A stretch of DNA of 64,000 bases, from assembly GCA_964187785.1 (NCBI GenBank), contig OZ076410.1, positions 8,060,001 through 8,124,000 on the forward strand. Reading direction: 5' to 3'. This DNA comes from Amphiscolops sp. MND2022. Taxonomy: Eukaryota. The notes under the pieces were generated by a model. That model was given only the letters and a program-made list of their open reading frames with translations. It searched no databases and was not told where the DNA came from. This document shows, one piece after another, positions 10,784 to 22,344 of this stretch. Within the stretch, counting starts at the first letter, position 1. Each line of letters opens with the position of its first letter. The position numbers were made by a program, and so were the translations under genes.

Positions 10784-12202
10784 ATGGATAACAACAACAC
10801 CAATCCGAGCCTAAATGAAGGTGAGCCGAATATATCGGAACGATCATCCAGAACAAACAACACTACAACATCGTCAGAACGGATGGAGAAAACCAAATAC
10901 AAAATTCCCATACTATCAGACAGGGAAACAGACCTCACCAAAATCAATCCCAAAATGTGGTGGGAGCAGATTTCGGAATACATCCATTTGACATATAACC
11001 GAAATCTAGAAGAAATTATCGATGAAGGGACAGAATACATGGATCCCCACACAGTCTACCACATTAAAGGTGATGTTATTTGGGCACTTGGCCCAAAGGC
11101 CAAGCATGAAATCATGAGAGGCCAATGGGGCCGTGAACTGAAAGAAGTGAATCTTCCCGAATTACTAACCCTATTCAAGAAAACTTTCCTCCCTGGAAGA
11201 AATGTTTTTCATAGCCGGGCACAGTTCTTTAACATGAAGCAAGAAGATAACGAAACACTCGATGAATACTGGAAGAGACTCGTAGACATCGACAGAAAGT
11301 GCGACTTTGGCAACATCACAGCAGAGGAAATTATTACATACAAATTTGCATCAACAATAAAAGACAAAAAAGCCCGTGATAAATTCATAAGAGGCCCCCT
11401 GAAATTAGAACTCGTTCTCGACACGATAGAACTTGATAATTACAACCGAAAGTACGGGGAAAGGAGGCCGAAAAGCAAAAAAGCCCGGAAAGATTCATCA
11501 AACAGCTCAACATCCACCGAACTGATCGGTCATACCAACCAGCCACGGAAACGCAAAACAAATTTTACCGAAAAGAAAAAATTTTCAAACCGGGATTGCC
11601 GCTTTTGCGGAAAACCAAACTGGTCAATGGAACATATTTGCCCGGCACGGAAGGCCCAATGCAACAATTGTAAAAAGATGGGACATTTTGCCAAAGAATG
11701 CAAATCCAAGACCGTCAGCCGGATAAAAGAAATGGTTTCATCGGACAGCAGTACTGAACCATGGCCGGAAATTGATCACATTCAGTCCGTCAACGGTGTG
11801 AACCGTATTGATTTTTACAAAGCAATCCTATTGGTCCATGGCCAACCAATAGAATTCATCATTGATACAGGCTCACCCGTGACCATCATACCTCCAATTA
11901 TCACACCAAAAGACATAAAGAAAACGACAAAAACTTTTGTTGACGTGAATAAAAACCCCATCAAATTCAAAGGCGAGGCGATGGTCGAAGTGAAAACGGA
12001 AAAAAGTAAAGAGACACTACCTATCCGGATCACAGAGAACAAAAACACGCAACCACTGTTGGGATTAGACTGGCTGGACAAATTGGAAATTGGATTACAA
12101 GGCAGCAAAAAGACAAATGTGATCCGCTATGTGGAAGAAGACGATAGACGAAAAAAATTATCAGCGAACACGAAGACTTATTCAAAAATAACCACACCAT
12201 AA
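10784..12202 (+). CDS. gag: Gypsy gag-protease
   Basis: Capsid-like RAQFFNMKQEDNETLDEY; knuckles CRFCGKPNWSMEHIC and CNNCKKMGHFAKEC; protease FIIDTGSPVT, LLGLDWL. Confidence 0.93.
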   Translation: MDNNNTNPSLNEGEPNISERSSRTNNTTTSSERMEKTKYKIPILSDRETDLTKINPKMWWEQISEYIHLTYNRNLEEIIDEGTEYMDPHTVYHIKGDVIWALGPKAKHEIMRGQWGRELKEVNLPELLTLFKKTFLPGRNVFHSRAQFFNMKQEDNETLDEYWKRLVDIDRKCDFGNITAEEIITYKFASTIKDKKARDKFIRGPLKLELVLDTIELDNYNRKYGERRPKSKKARKDSSNSSTSTELIGHTNQPRKRKTNFTEKKKFSNRDCRFCGKPNWSMEHICPARKAQCNNCKKMGHFAKECKSKTVSRIKEMVSSDSSTEPWPEIDHIQSVNGVNRIDFYKAILLVHGQPIEFIIDTGSPVTIIPPIITPKDIKKTTKTFVDVNKNPIKFKGEAMVEVKTEKSKETLPIRITENKNTQPLLGLDWLDKLEIGLQGSKKTNVIRYVEEDDRRKKLSANTKTYSKITTP

Positions 12203-15200
12203 AAGACCTAACGATTGACATCCAGCTGAAGGAAGATGTAAAGCCCATACAACAAAAGGGACGACCAGTTCCCATACACTTTCAAAAAAATGTCCTGATG
12301 AACTAGAGAAACTTATCAAATCGGGACACATCGAGAAAGCGGATGAAACCACAGAAAATTGCTTTATTTCCCCCGCTGTCATTACCATCAAAAAGGACAA
12401 GTCGGTCAAAATTGCTCTGGATTCAAGAAAACTTAACGAGGCATGCATAAAGCGAAAAGCAGCAATGCCAAATATGGAGGAATTAATCAGCAAAATCTCC
12501 GCTAAAATAACTAACGGCAAAGGCGAAATCTGGATGTCTAAGATAGACCTAGATTACGCCTATGGTCAGGCAAAATTGGCAAAAGAAGCAGCCAAACACT
12601 GTGTATTTTCAATTATTGGCGGAGACTTCACTGGTCACTATCGCTTCAAGAAAGGCTTTTATGGATTATCCGACATTCCAACGGTATTCCAGGAACACAT
12701 CGACAAGGTGCTAGAATTCAAAACCCCCGTCTGGCTAGATGACATCATCTGCGTGACGAATGGAAGCATTGATGATCATGAAAAAGAATTACGAGAAGTC
12801 CTGAAGAAATTGCAAAACGCCGGATACCGAGCCAGTGAAAAGAAAACGGAATTGTTCAAAAAAGAACTAACCTGGCTCGGCTACTTTATTAATCAGAATG
12901 GCGTAAAACCAATCGAGGACAAGACGGAGGCGATCACGAAATTAGCTGCACCGAAAAACGCGAAGGAGTTAAAATCCTTCCTTGGATCGATACAACACTT
13001 GTCCAAATTCATCAATAATTTGTCAAAGAAAACCGACCGAATGAGGAGATTACTCAAAAAGGATGTCAAATGGGAGTGGACAGCAGAAATAGACGATGAC
13101 TTTGAACAATTGAAGAAGGGAATTACGGAAGCCCCGTGTTTGGCCCACTTCGACCCAAAAAGGGATAACTTTATCACAACAGACGCTTGCAACACTGGAC
13201 TGGGAGCGACCCTGTGGCAGAAGGAAGGTATAGTATTCAGGCCCATAGCTTTTGCCAGCAGATTTTTAACCGATTGCGAAAGAAAATACGCAATAAATGA
13301 ACTAGAGCTTTTGGGAGCCTTATGGGGATTAGAGCACTTCCGATATTACGTTTACGGTAAAAGAGTTAATTTGCTAACAGACCACCAGGCACTACAACCG
13401 TTACTGAAAAAGAATCGGGCACATAAACAATATAGCGCACGGTTGACTCGTTGGCTGGATAGATTGAGCCACTTCGATGTTAATATTCAATACACGGCCG
13501 GCAAAAACATTCCACTTACGGATTACCTAAGCCGTCATCCGATCGTACCGACCGAAATTGCCGAATTAGAAAACAAAGCGGACGGACAAAACGAAGCGGA
13601 AGCCGACGAAGAGTTCGTCGTTAACCAAATATACGGTCTGTTTGAATTCAATCGAGAGCGAGGAAGCATAAAGCGATTCACCGAACAACTGAACGCGAGA
13701 GAAAATTCCGACCAATCACAGCGCGACAAAATTTCATGCGAACAGAACTCAAACACTCACTTGCTCAAAACTTCACCGCCGCCAGTTAACATTATCAATC
13801 GCGAATCATCAAATTCAAAAAAAGACAAAGTCAACGGCATTGACATGAATTTTATCTTCAAGAAAAGGGGCCACTCCCCAGAAACCAAACGCCTGTGGAT
13901 CGAAAGAAACCACCTACTAAAGCGGGATCGGACACGAATTGTCGGGAAACTCAAGGAAAGTGAACGGATACAGGAGTATCGACCAAATCAGGCCAGCAGA
14001 AAAAGGATCGCAGAGATCAACATCAAAATCTACAACCGCTTCCTCCGATACTGCGAAACACTGGAGACGACACCCCTGCTAGAATACCAGCAAAATAACA
14101 ACGAATCTTGGCTGCAAAATAATCAATCAGATGGAGAAAGCGAGACCAGCCACATCAAACGAGACAAGTGCCCCACAAATGCTTTAAAGAAATTCAAGAA
14201 GCACGAAACTGTAAACTTGATACGACTTAAACAGACAGCAATAAAAAACACACTCAGCAGCGATCAAAAGCAAGGCAAAGAAGAAGCCATCAACAGAGCG
14301 GAAAAGGATTTCCCGCTAGATATTCCACTGCTTGTCGACGAAACAGCACGAGATATAAAAATGCTCAATGCAATCGCGGCCATCGAAAACCAACAACCGG
14401 ATAGCATTTTCTATCCCTATCGCCCACACCGGTCACATCTGTCCACGAGATTTGGCCTATTGTTCTACAACGACAGGATAGTGATCCCGGAGAACATGCA
14501 GACAACGGTGATAGCCATGTTACATCACGGACACATATCGGCGGGAAAAATGGAAAAATTAGCCGAAGCCTTCTGGTGGCCAGGAATGAACCGCGAAATC
14601 CACGAGAAAGCCGAATCCTGCCCAAGCTGTAGAGCCGCAGGTAAGAATTTTGTTACTCAAATTCCGTTCACGGAGAAAAACAATTTAGATATTTTAACGG
14701 AACCCAATCAAGTAATTCAATTGGATTTCGCCGGTCTAATCAAATCAAAAACACGCGGCGACGTATACATTTTAGTAGCAATTGACCGTTTTAGCAAATG
14801 GCCGACCGCACATATTTGCAAAAGCGCTGACACACGGACCGTCAAAAAATTTTTAACTAAATATTTTACGGACAACGGGATACCACGGGTTATTCGAACC
14901 GATAACGGTAGCTGCTTTAAAAGCATTGAATTCAAACAATTCTGTAAAGATCAAAATATTCAACGTATATGGTGCACTCCAAACTTACATACCGGCACCG
15001 GTCTGGTCGAACGAGCTATCCGGTCGATTAAATCACTTACACGAGCAAACATGGCAGACGGCTTAACCTTTGAAGATAGTGTCCAATTGGCGATAAGAAC
15101 AATAAGACAAACGCCACACAGCAAATTGAAAATGACACCTTTCCAAATGCACTTAGGTAGAAAACCGCGCACCGCTCTGATCAATTTAATAGACAAGCCG

Positions 15201-15419
15201 GAATGTCTACTCTCTAATTGGAAGAGAACGTTGACCAATTACGTTTTAGCCCAACCAACAGAACTACAGGTCGTCACTATCAATGATGCAGGAGGAGAAC
15301 TGGCCGACTACCTGGTGCTAAACGAATCAAAGAAAAAAGGACGTTCGGTAAGCCGGGATTTTAAAAACTACCAATTTTTGAGAAGGAGAATAACCGAATT
15401 CCATGAAATGTGGTTTTAA
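12157..15419 (+). pseudogene. pol: Gypsy pol (RT, RNase H, long spacer, integrase) with frameshifts near 12155 and 12295
   Basis: KIDLDYAYGQ, WLDDII, TDAC, YAINELE, TDHQAL, DYLSR; integrase HHGH..CPSC, QLDFAG, IDRFSKW, IRTDNG, GLVERAI. Confidence 0.95.
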
Positions 15420-16128
15420 AACAAAAAAGGTTTTAACAGCGGTAGCAGAAACAGGGCATACTGTAACTACCTCCGAAGGGAGGGTAATACACAAAAAATT
15501 GGCATCAAAACCCCTGAAATTTCAGACACCACGAAAACCTGAAGAACAAAGACGGCCAACCAATAGATGCCGCAGATGCGGAAAATTCAGCAGTGGCGAA
15601 TGGTGTGAGACGCACTTACGTCTCGAGGCGGCCAGACAGGACAGTAACAACAACGAACCCAGTACCAGTCATACCACAATTCCGACCAAGCCGTCAAAGA
15701 AGCGACCATACAGCCGTGTGGTACTGTACGACTCCTCCAGCAACGATTCCGGACCGACAAATAATCAAGCCGATACGACCACCTCAGAAGAGGAAGACAC
15801 CGACGACATCACACTCAAGGATATGATCAGCCGAGAAGTCGAACGCATACGGTCGGAAACACTGATGCCGTCCTCCCCAATCGGCTGTAGCACGGAGCTG
15901 ATCCCGCCCGAAGATACAACACAACCGGACACATCCGGAACGCCAATCCGCAATCAAAGTACTTCCGGCATAGAAACCGCACCTCAGGATGTCACAGGTA
16001 AAATACGGCTAAAACAAAATGCTAACGGGGAAAATAATCCACTAGATTTAACCATAGAACCACGCAGATCCGAAAGGATAAAAACTGCAAAAAGAACAGT
16101 TAAACTAGGCGGTGTTGAATATTTTTAA
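15403..16128 (+). pseudogene. Gypsy pol C-terminal tail, out of frame through deletions near 15378 and 15385
   Basis: KCGFKTKKVLTAVAETGHTVTTSEGRVIHKKLASKP, then CRRCGKFSSGEWCETH and an acidic/Ser-Thr tail ending just before the PPT region. Confidence 0.75.
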
Positions 16129-16245
16129 CAGTGATCCAATTAGGAACTGAGTATACATTCACCACTCCGAGGAGATACCCAATTACTCCTTTTCCCCGAA
16201 TCAAGAACTACCCCCCTCAGCACGACTGGTTTCCCTGAACGCCAC

Positions 16246-16256
16246 GGAGGAGGGAA
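16246..16256 (+). promoter_or_regulatory. Polypurine tract
   Basis: GGAGGAGGGAA abutting the 3' LTR. Confidence 0.9.
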
Positions 16257-16475
16257 TGAGACACAAGCATCGACATGTGTCAATCCAACAAGTGTCGACG
16301 ATAAACCTTGGCGAACGATGTGACACAAAACTACCTGCCAATGATCTTATGTTCTGAAGTCATGTACTTACAAGATAGATACACAGATGATGATAAAGTA
16401 CAGTTGCTTGATACAGTTTATGTTACTTTGAATCATTCCATTTTAATTCACTCTTTGAACTTTTCCTGACTTACA
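16257..16475 (+). repeat. 3' LTR (219 bp)
   Basis: Near-identical to 10537-10755. Confidence 0.98.
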
Positions 16476-16989
16476 TCCAGTCATACGATTTTGATACCTT
16501 TGAGCACGCAGGGGCCCCTTTGGGTGTAGAATGACTGTGCAAAATTTTATGAAAATCGTATGGACAGTTTTTGAGAAATTTGAGATTTTCGTGAAAAGGT
16601 TGGGTGGAAAAAAAACAAAAAACGACACGTTTGCATAGGTAGTCGAAAACTTTTCCGACTCCTAAAAACCGAGAATCGAACTCCCAAACATAAAAAGGTA
16701 AACAATTCCTTTCTAAATTGACCGGAATAGATAAAACCTGGAAAAACACAAAAAATGCCTATCTACGTGATTAGGAATGGACATCAGGAAATATCCAAAA
16801 TGATTATTGAAAAAAATGACCCAAAATGACATCATGAAATATCCACCAAATGATTATGGTGAAGTCAAAAACCTAGGAGCGAGTTGAGAAGGTCGGAACA
16901 AGAAGTCCAAAAAGCGCCGAACAATTCGGTCAGCGATTATATATTGAATAATACGAAAGAAAAATCACAACTGAAAATCACTGGGAAAT

Positions 16990-17100
16990 TGTCAGAACAA
17001 ACTACAAACCGCAATGAGTGGAACTGAGCACACAGTAAAAACTGATATCGAAAAACTAAATTACACAAAATTGATATAGAAACCGATCAACATCGAATAA
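16990..17100 (+). pseudogene. Old Gypsy relic, pol C-terminal tail
   Basis: LQTAMSGTEHTVKTDIEKLNYTKLI*KPI aligns by eye with VLTAVAETGHTVTTSEGRVIHKKLASKPL of the neighbouring element. Confidence 0.55.
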
Positions 17101-17912
17101 AATGGTCAAACCAAGAATTTGAACCTACATCTAAATATGGCGAAATAGCATAGACAAAAACATTCTGGACATAGACTAAGTCTATCTGGAACAAAGTTCA
17201 ATAATTTTTCACAGAATCAGTAATATTGATTAACCGAAGAAAACAACGACTCGATAGACAGTCCAGCAGCGCAATTATGGAGATGAAGTTCAACGTCAGC
17301 TCTGACTTAAAGTGACTGCATTTCAGCCCGATAGGGAGGGGAATGTTACAGTGTTAACCGGGTTCCGGATTCCATTCTTGAAATTGAAATCTACTTCATT
17401 TATTTGGAAGTTCTATCACAGCATGGTTCCTTCTTTAACTACCCGTGTTGACGCATTTACTGGCATCTTGGCTGTCTTGGCACGATCTTATCAAATTCTT
17501 ACTACATTATAATGATAATAGACCAACTACTGCTGTTATTAGAGAACATAAACGAACCAATCAAATCTATCTCAGTGTCAGAAATGCCAGTATCTTTATT
17601 GAAATTAGCTTTTTCAGCAATATGGAACATCCTACCGAAAAACTTGAAAACGTAACGACATTCATGCCAAACAATAAAAACGAAATTTAAAAAGTGTTTT
17701 TTCTAGAAAAGTTCAAAAACGTAATAAACATTCCGGAATATAAAAAAGGTGTTGAAAAGATTTTAAATATCAATAAAGCCTGGCTTTTCTAAAAAAAAAT
17801 CCAGAAACACATGATTTTGTTACCTATCTGAATATCAAACTTCATTTAACGAAGTATTTTGCTGTTTTAAAACCAAGTTGATATGTTTTTAGTAACAAAC
17901 GTACAATGCAGT

Positions 17913-18447
17913 GTTTTTAGTCGGCGCATTTTAGTAGAAAATGTGCCCGACTATTACAGTGGGTAGTTTTTTTAGACACGAAAGGTCCACTTTTTTGTTC
18001 ATTTGTTCAACAACCTCAAACCTCAACAACTCCAACCTCAGAAGCGCGTCCAAAACGAAAAGAAAAAACAAAACAGACGTCCACAACCTCGAAAACACAC
18101 TAAAGATCCCACATTAGCCCCACTTTTTTTCGGAACTATGCGACTTTTTTTGAAGTTTTTTGGATTGCACCAGAGGGTCCCCCCTTCATTTGTTTCGATA
18201 TTTTGCAACACAATGGATGTCAAAAAATCGCAAAGGGTCCCCTCTTTTACATTTTTCGGCACTGTGACACTGTTCAAAAATCTCATAAAAAAAATTTTTC
18301 GGAAATTTTTTCATGTCTCCAAATGGTCCCCCCTTCGATTTTTTTAAATTTTTTGCAACCAGCTGGAGTTTCACAAATCCCGAAAGGTCCCCCTTTTAAG
18401 TTTTGAGCCTTAGATATGGCGCCGACTTGGGCCGTTCTCGGCTTGTT
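17913..18447 (+). mobile_element. Helentron-like repeat family 2 (internal GGGTCCCCCCTTT subunits)
   Basis: Sub-TIRs GTCGGCGC (17920) / GCGCCGAC (18419), then stem-loop GCCG-TTCT-CGGC and terminal TTGTT. Confidence 0.6.
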
Positions 18448-18759
18448 TTCATTTTGTTTGTTACTACTGATAAACATTTTTAACCTACCAAGACACTTTT
18501 TTCGTCAAATTGTAGATTTTTAAATTTTTGGCAATGGTGAAATCATTGATCCCATTCTCAAATACGATGTTTTCTGTTCATGCTCCACTATTTTTGTTTA
18601 GATATATAGAAGGGAAATGATAAATGTCAAATCTCTACCACTAAAAAAGAAAAAATCTTTTCAAAAGGTTTCCTCTCGAAAAGCCGCACTTCTTATAAGA
18701 AGCCTTTTCAGGGGCTAAGATAAACTAATGTTTGTGTTATTATAGATCGTTATTTATTA

Positions 18760-18995
18760 TTTTCCGCCCCCACAAATTTATTTGTGATGGGGGAAGAAAA
18801 TCATAATCTCTTGCGTTTTTTTACCAATTCTGCCAGATCTCCACGATCTCCATCCACTTCAGTTAGTAGTTAATGTAGTTACTTTGGCTCAGTTAGTAGT
18901 CTGTCTGCATGGCAGATAGGAGGTTGTGGGTTTAAACCCGTGCTGATGCGTTATTTTTAGCGGAAAATATCCCGGTGCCTAGCGGGCGTCTTAGA
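18760..18995 (+). repeat. Family 3 copy with tRNA-derived (SINE-like) segment
   Basis: TGGCTCAGTTAGTAG (A-box-like) and GGGTTTAAACCC (degenerate B-box); homologous to 22345-22665. Confidence 0.55.
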
Positions 18996-19371
18996 TCATA
19001 TAATCTGTGAAAACTGTGAAAAATTATGTACACCCTGGTTAAATTCAATTATTATAAACTTAACGTTTTCACATTTTAAAATCCAGTTTCCGAGGTACTT
19101 CCTTTCTTTCGCTCCTGCAGTGATTTTACAAGGCTATCGATTCTCTCTCCTCTACCGTAGAAAAAACAAGTTTACATTTTGTATATATTTTATTATAAAA
19201 ATAGAAACACAGGGGCTGAAGGAACTACAGGCTCCAGCGAGATCGGACAAACTCTTGAATCGCAGATCGAAGAAGATTCAACCACAAACAGACCAAAAGT
19301 AGAGATGATAGAAGAGAAACTAACTACCAGGGAGAAATAATTCTGCGACAAAGCATGCTGTCAATCCAACT

Positions 19372-19385
19372 GCGCCATCTAGCGG
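19372..19385 (-). promoter_or_regulatory. CTCF-consensus motif
   Basis: CCGCTAGATGGCGC fits CCRSYAGRKGGCRS at every position; motif match only. Confidence 0.4.
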
Positions 19386-19656
19386 CTGAATTCAAACGTT
19401 CAAGTTTAAATTAGCACCAACAAAATTCAGAAGTGAGAACAAACTTCACAAAAACTCCGACAGAGGGCGGCATCAATGTCATCGAATTTTTGTTGAAGTA
19501 GAAGTTCAGTTTTCTAACACAAGAATTCGGGTTGAATGAAACAGACAAGACTCGAAAACCGAAGTTTGAATCTCAAATCCGAGTTCCATTCGCGGAAATT
19601 AAAAGCAGGGTGGATTGATTTTGTCTCGTTGATCTCAATCCCAAGGTGCATCGGGT

Positions 19657-19888
19657 ATGACGCAACACGTCGGCTCCTCTGATTGGGTAAAAATTGGGTG
19701 TTCGAGGGTCTCGATCCTCCGACACTTGCTTAGTGACTCAAGAGACGTCCGGCCGCGGATCAACTGCTGCTCAACTTCTGCCACACCCGTGTTCTCTATT
19801 ACGTAATCTAAATTTCCATCGTGACGTCATCCGACTTAGAGATCGGCAACCAATCATCATAGCCTAAAAGCAAGCAAAGTTGACGTCA
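19657..19888. promoter_or_regulatory. Promoter/enhancer-like cluster of bZIP and CCAAT motifs
   Basis: TGACGCAA 19658, ATTGG 19682, TGACTCA 19734, ATTACGTAAT 19798, TGACGTCA 19822 and 19881, CCAAT 19850. Confidence 0.35.
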
Positions 19889-20052
19889 CTATAGTTATTC
19901 AAACCCCGGTCGTTAGAGGAGTTGGGATTACAAAGCTTGCAAAGTCTAAAATGGGCAACAATCATCAAAGTAGTAAACATTCATCAAGTGAATGCATAAT
20001 CTTTTCCATTAATTGGCCAATGTCATTAACCATGACACATAATGATCCCATA

Positions 20053-20518
20053 CAGGGCTGTTCAATATTTTATTCGAATATTATTATTGCCTAAAAATGA
20101 ATTATTTCATTTTCAGGGTGGAAAAAATAAATAATTTTATTATTATTTTTGCTAAATTAATTATTTTATTCTCAGCGAAAAACGGATAGCAGCAAAAACT
20201 TGAATTGGACATCCATAATCAGGCCAAAACGCGGCGATAGGGCTTTTTTAACGGAGTCTTCGACCTTTTGAGTCAGTAGCCCAAGGTACTTGACAAAGGT
20301 ATTTCCAGAAATTAGGTCAAGAATTCTGTATTTTCGAATTTAATTGGCTGACGATATGTTGAATTAAACGCTCTTAGCTTGAGTTATCTCAAGAATAATT
20401 ATTTTTATTTTAACAGGTACAAAAATAATTATTTTTATCATTTGAGTGTGAAAAATAAATAATTTTATTTTATTTTATATAATTATTCTTACCCAGAATT
20501 ATTTCTTGAACAACCCTG
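20053..20518. mobile_element. Non-autonomous hAT element (466 bp)
   Basis: TIRs CAGGGCTGTTCAA / TTGAACAACCCTG; perfect 8-bp TSD ATCCCATA. Confidence 0.9.
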
Positions 20519-21019
20519 ATCCCATAGTTTAAGGGTGTCTGGAAAGTGACCGCGAAAAGTGTATCTACACTGAATTATATAGAATCAACTCTGGTTGAAC
20601 TGAGCTGATATGTGCGGAAATTCTAGTCGTCAAACTAAATTTGTTTGAAATTATTTCAGCCTTCGGAAAATTGTTCCGAGCTAATATTCGAAAAAAGTTC
20701 GTTATAGCCTCAAAACAAGATGTTTTCAAGAATCACATCTAAAACAGTTTTTCCTGGTACAGTGTCATGCCTATTGTTGCTTATTTAGAACAAGCTGTTT
20801 TTAGTAGATACCAGATGAATTAAATTATTATTATTATTATTATTATATCACTCATTATAAACTGCCGAATTTCAATCCAACACGCGACAAAGCTGTCGTT
20901 ATTATACCGGGAGTTGATTGTAATTTCTTGTTTGTCATTACTCGTTTGTAATTGTTACATTTACTTATCTCGTCTCCGATTTCACAAAATATTTCAATGA
21001 CTGTATCGGTATTTTGGGT

Positions 21020-21530
21020 AAGGGGTATTGCGTAAAGCGACAATTCGTCCCAAATTCCAAAAAGCGACAATTCGCCCCAAGCGACATTTGGTGCCATTTT
21101 GAGCAGGCGACAATTCGTCCCAATTATTAAAAGCTGCAATTTGTCCCCAATTTAATGGCCAATAAAGACCTTTGTAATAATGAATCTGGAAAGATTACAA
21201 TTAGAGGCTGGTACCAACAATTAATTTTAACATTCTACGACTAGTACGTTATAATGCAACATTTTCTAATTGTTGTCACGTGCTTAAATGAATTCATTTG
21301 TAGTTGATTTCATTATTTTTTTCATTTCAACCTTCAAAAGGTTGGTAATTAGCTGATCAATTAAACAATTTGAGACGAATTGTCGCTTTTTCAAAATGGG
21401 ACGAATAGACGTTTGGGACGAATTGTCGCTTTTTGGGAATTTGGGACGAATTGTCGCATGGGACGAATTGTCGCATGGGACGAATTGTCGCATGGGACGA
21501 ATTGTCGCATGGGACGAATTGTAGGGGCAT
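21020..21530. mobile_element. MITE-like element with inverted arrays of GCGACAATTCGTCCCA
   Basis: Motif is forward at 21036-21123 and reversed at 21385-21522, including ~4 tandem 17-bp copies; exact ends and TSD not resolved. Confidence 0.65.
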
Positions 21531-21573
21531 TGTGCATGAGATTAATGAACCTAGTTAGTATTCAACTAACTTG

Positions 21574-21633
21574 CTATTTTCGCCAGAAAGCAGGCTCCGA
21601 TTGGCTGGAGAACATCTTCTGTCCATTGCTCAC
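21574..21633 (-). CDS. Terminal coding exon VSNGQKMFSSQSEPAFWRK*
   Basis: gtttcag acceptor, phase 0, TAG at 21576-21574. Confidence 0.65.
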   Translation of the reverse strand: MSNGQKMFSSQSEPAFWRK

Positions 21634-21710
21634 CTGAAACGAAACAAAAACCAGTACAATCATTGAAAAAAAAGACAAAGGTCATTTAAAAGTTATGACA
21701 AAAAGTTTAC

Positions 21711-21751
21711 CTTTTCAATCAAGTATTTGCGATTTTCCTTCTTGGATGTAC
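21711..21751 (-). CDS. Exon (G)TSKKENRKYLIEK
   Basis: ttttcag acceptor and gtaaac donor; phase 1 in, 0 out, matching both neighbours. Confidence 0.65.
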
Positions 21752-21947
21752 CTGAAAAGGGAAAAACATTGACATCTGAATTATCATTGAAGACAAAAAA
21801 GTTTGCGTTATAGGAAAACAACTCAAGAGCTGTGCGGTTGAAACCGTGAACTTTTCTGTCTTTAATCGAACTGAGATTTGAATCTCTTACTTCTCAGTTC
21901 GAAACAGTTTTAAATGCTATCTACTCAATTATCCATTCACACAAAAA

Positions 21948-22260
21948 CCAGAGCCACATGTGCGGCAAAGGAGTGGGAAACTGATTGAAATATTTAAAAA
22001 CAATGCACGTGCTTTGCCATTTTGGACTAATTTTGGCTATGTTTCTCAGATCCCAGTCATACGATTTTGATGTCATTGCACACGCAGGAGCACCTTTGGG
22101 GGTAGAATGACTGGGCTACATTTTATGATGTCAATTTTGTTTTTTTAAACAAGATAAACATCGTATGGACAATTTTGGAGAAATTTTCTATGGAAGGTCA
22201 GCAGAAACAAGTATGACTGCATAAGAAGTTGAAAATTTTTTTTCCGATTCCTAAAAATGG
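21948..22260 (-). mobile_element. Helentron-like family 1, degenerate copy
   Basis: CCAGAGCCACATGTGCGG end, CCCAGTCATACGATTTTGAT core, CCGATTCCT sub-TIR. Confidence 0.55.
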
Positions 22261-22344
22261 ACCACGGTCGGCTTGAGTCCTTGACTCACATACCAATTAG
22301 CACCCGCACATCGGAAAAAAAACAAAAGACCTTATCTCAGCGAC

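Larger units (their letters stand above)
10537..16475 (+). mobile_element. Full-length Ty3/Gypsy LTR retrotransposon, recent insertion
   Basis: TG..CA LTRs at 10537-10755 and 16257-16475; 5-bp TSD TCCAG (10532-10536, 16476-16480); PBS, PPT; order gag-PR-RT-RH-IN. Confidence 0.98.
10301..16670 (-). mobile_element. Helentron-like non-autonomous repeat (family 1), split by the Gypsy insertion
   Basis: 10301-10536 plus 16481-16670 rejoin to match the 45480-45900 copy; sub-TIRs AGGAGTCGG (10322) / CCGACTCCT (16655); terminal stem-loop CCGCATATGCGG. Confidence 0.6.

Noticed and set aside
12148-12300. Programmed -1 frameshift in the Gypsy element
   Set aside because: A-runs fit a slippery pattern, but two successive shifts after the protease plus further breaks near 15380 fit deletions better.
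19212-19340. Terminal exon of a plus-strand gene (AEGTTGSSEIGQ..REK*)
   Set aside because: Weak acceptor and no upstream partner exon found; could be chance or TE-derived.
19116-19350. Solo LTR (TG..CA)
   Set aside because: Flanks (GCTCC vs AAGCA) give no TSD and there is no second copy in the window.
21442-21522. CRISPR-like 17-bp repeats
   Set aside because: No spacers; part of the inverted subterminal array of a MITE-like element.
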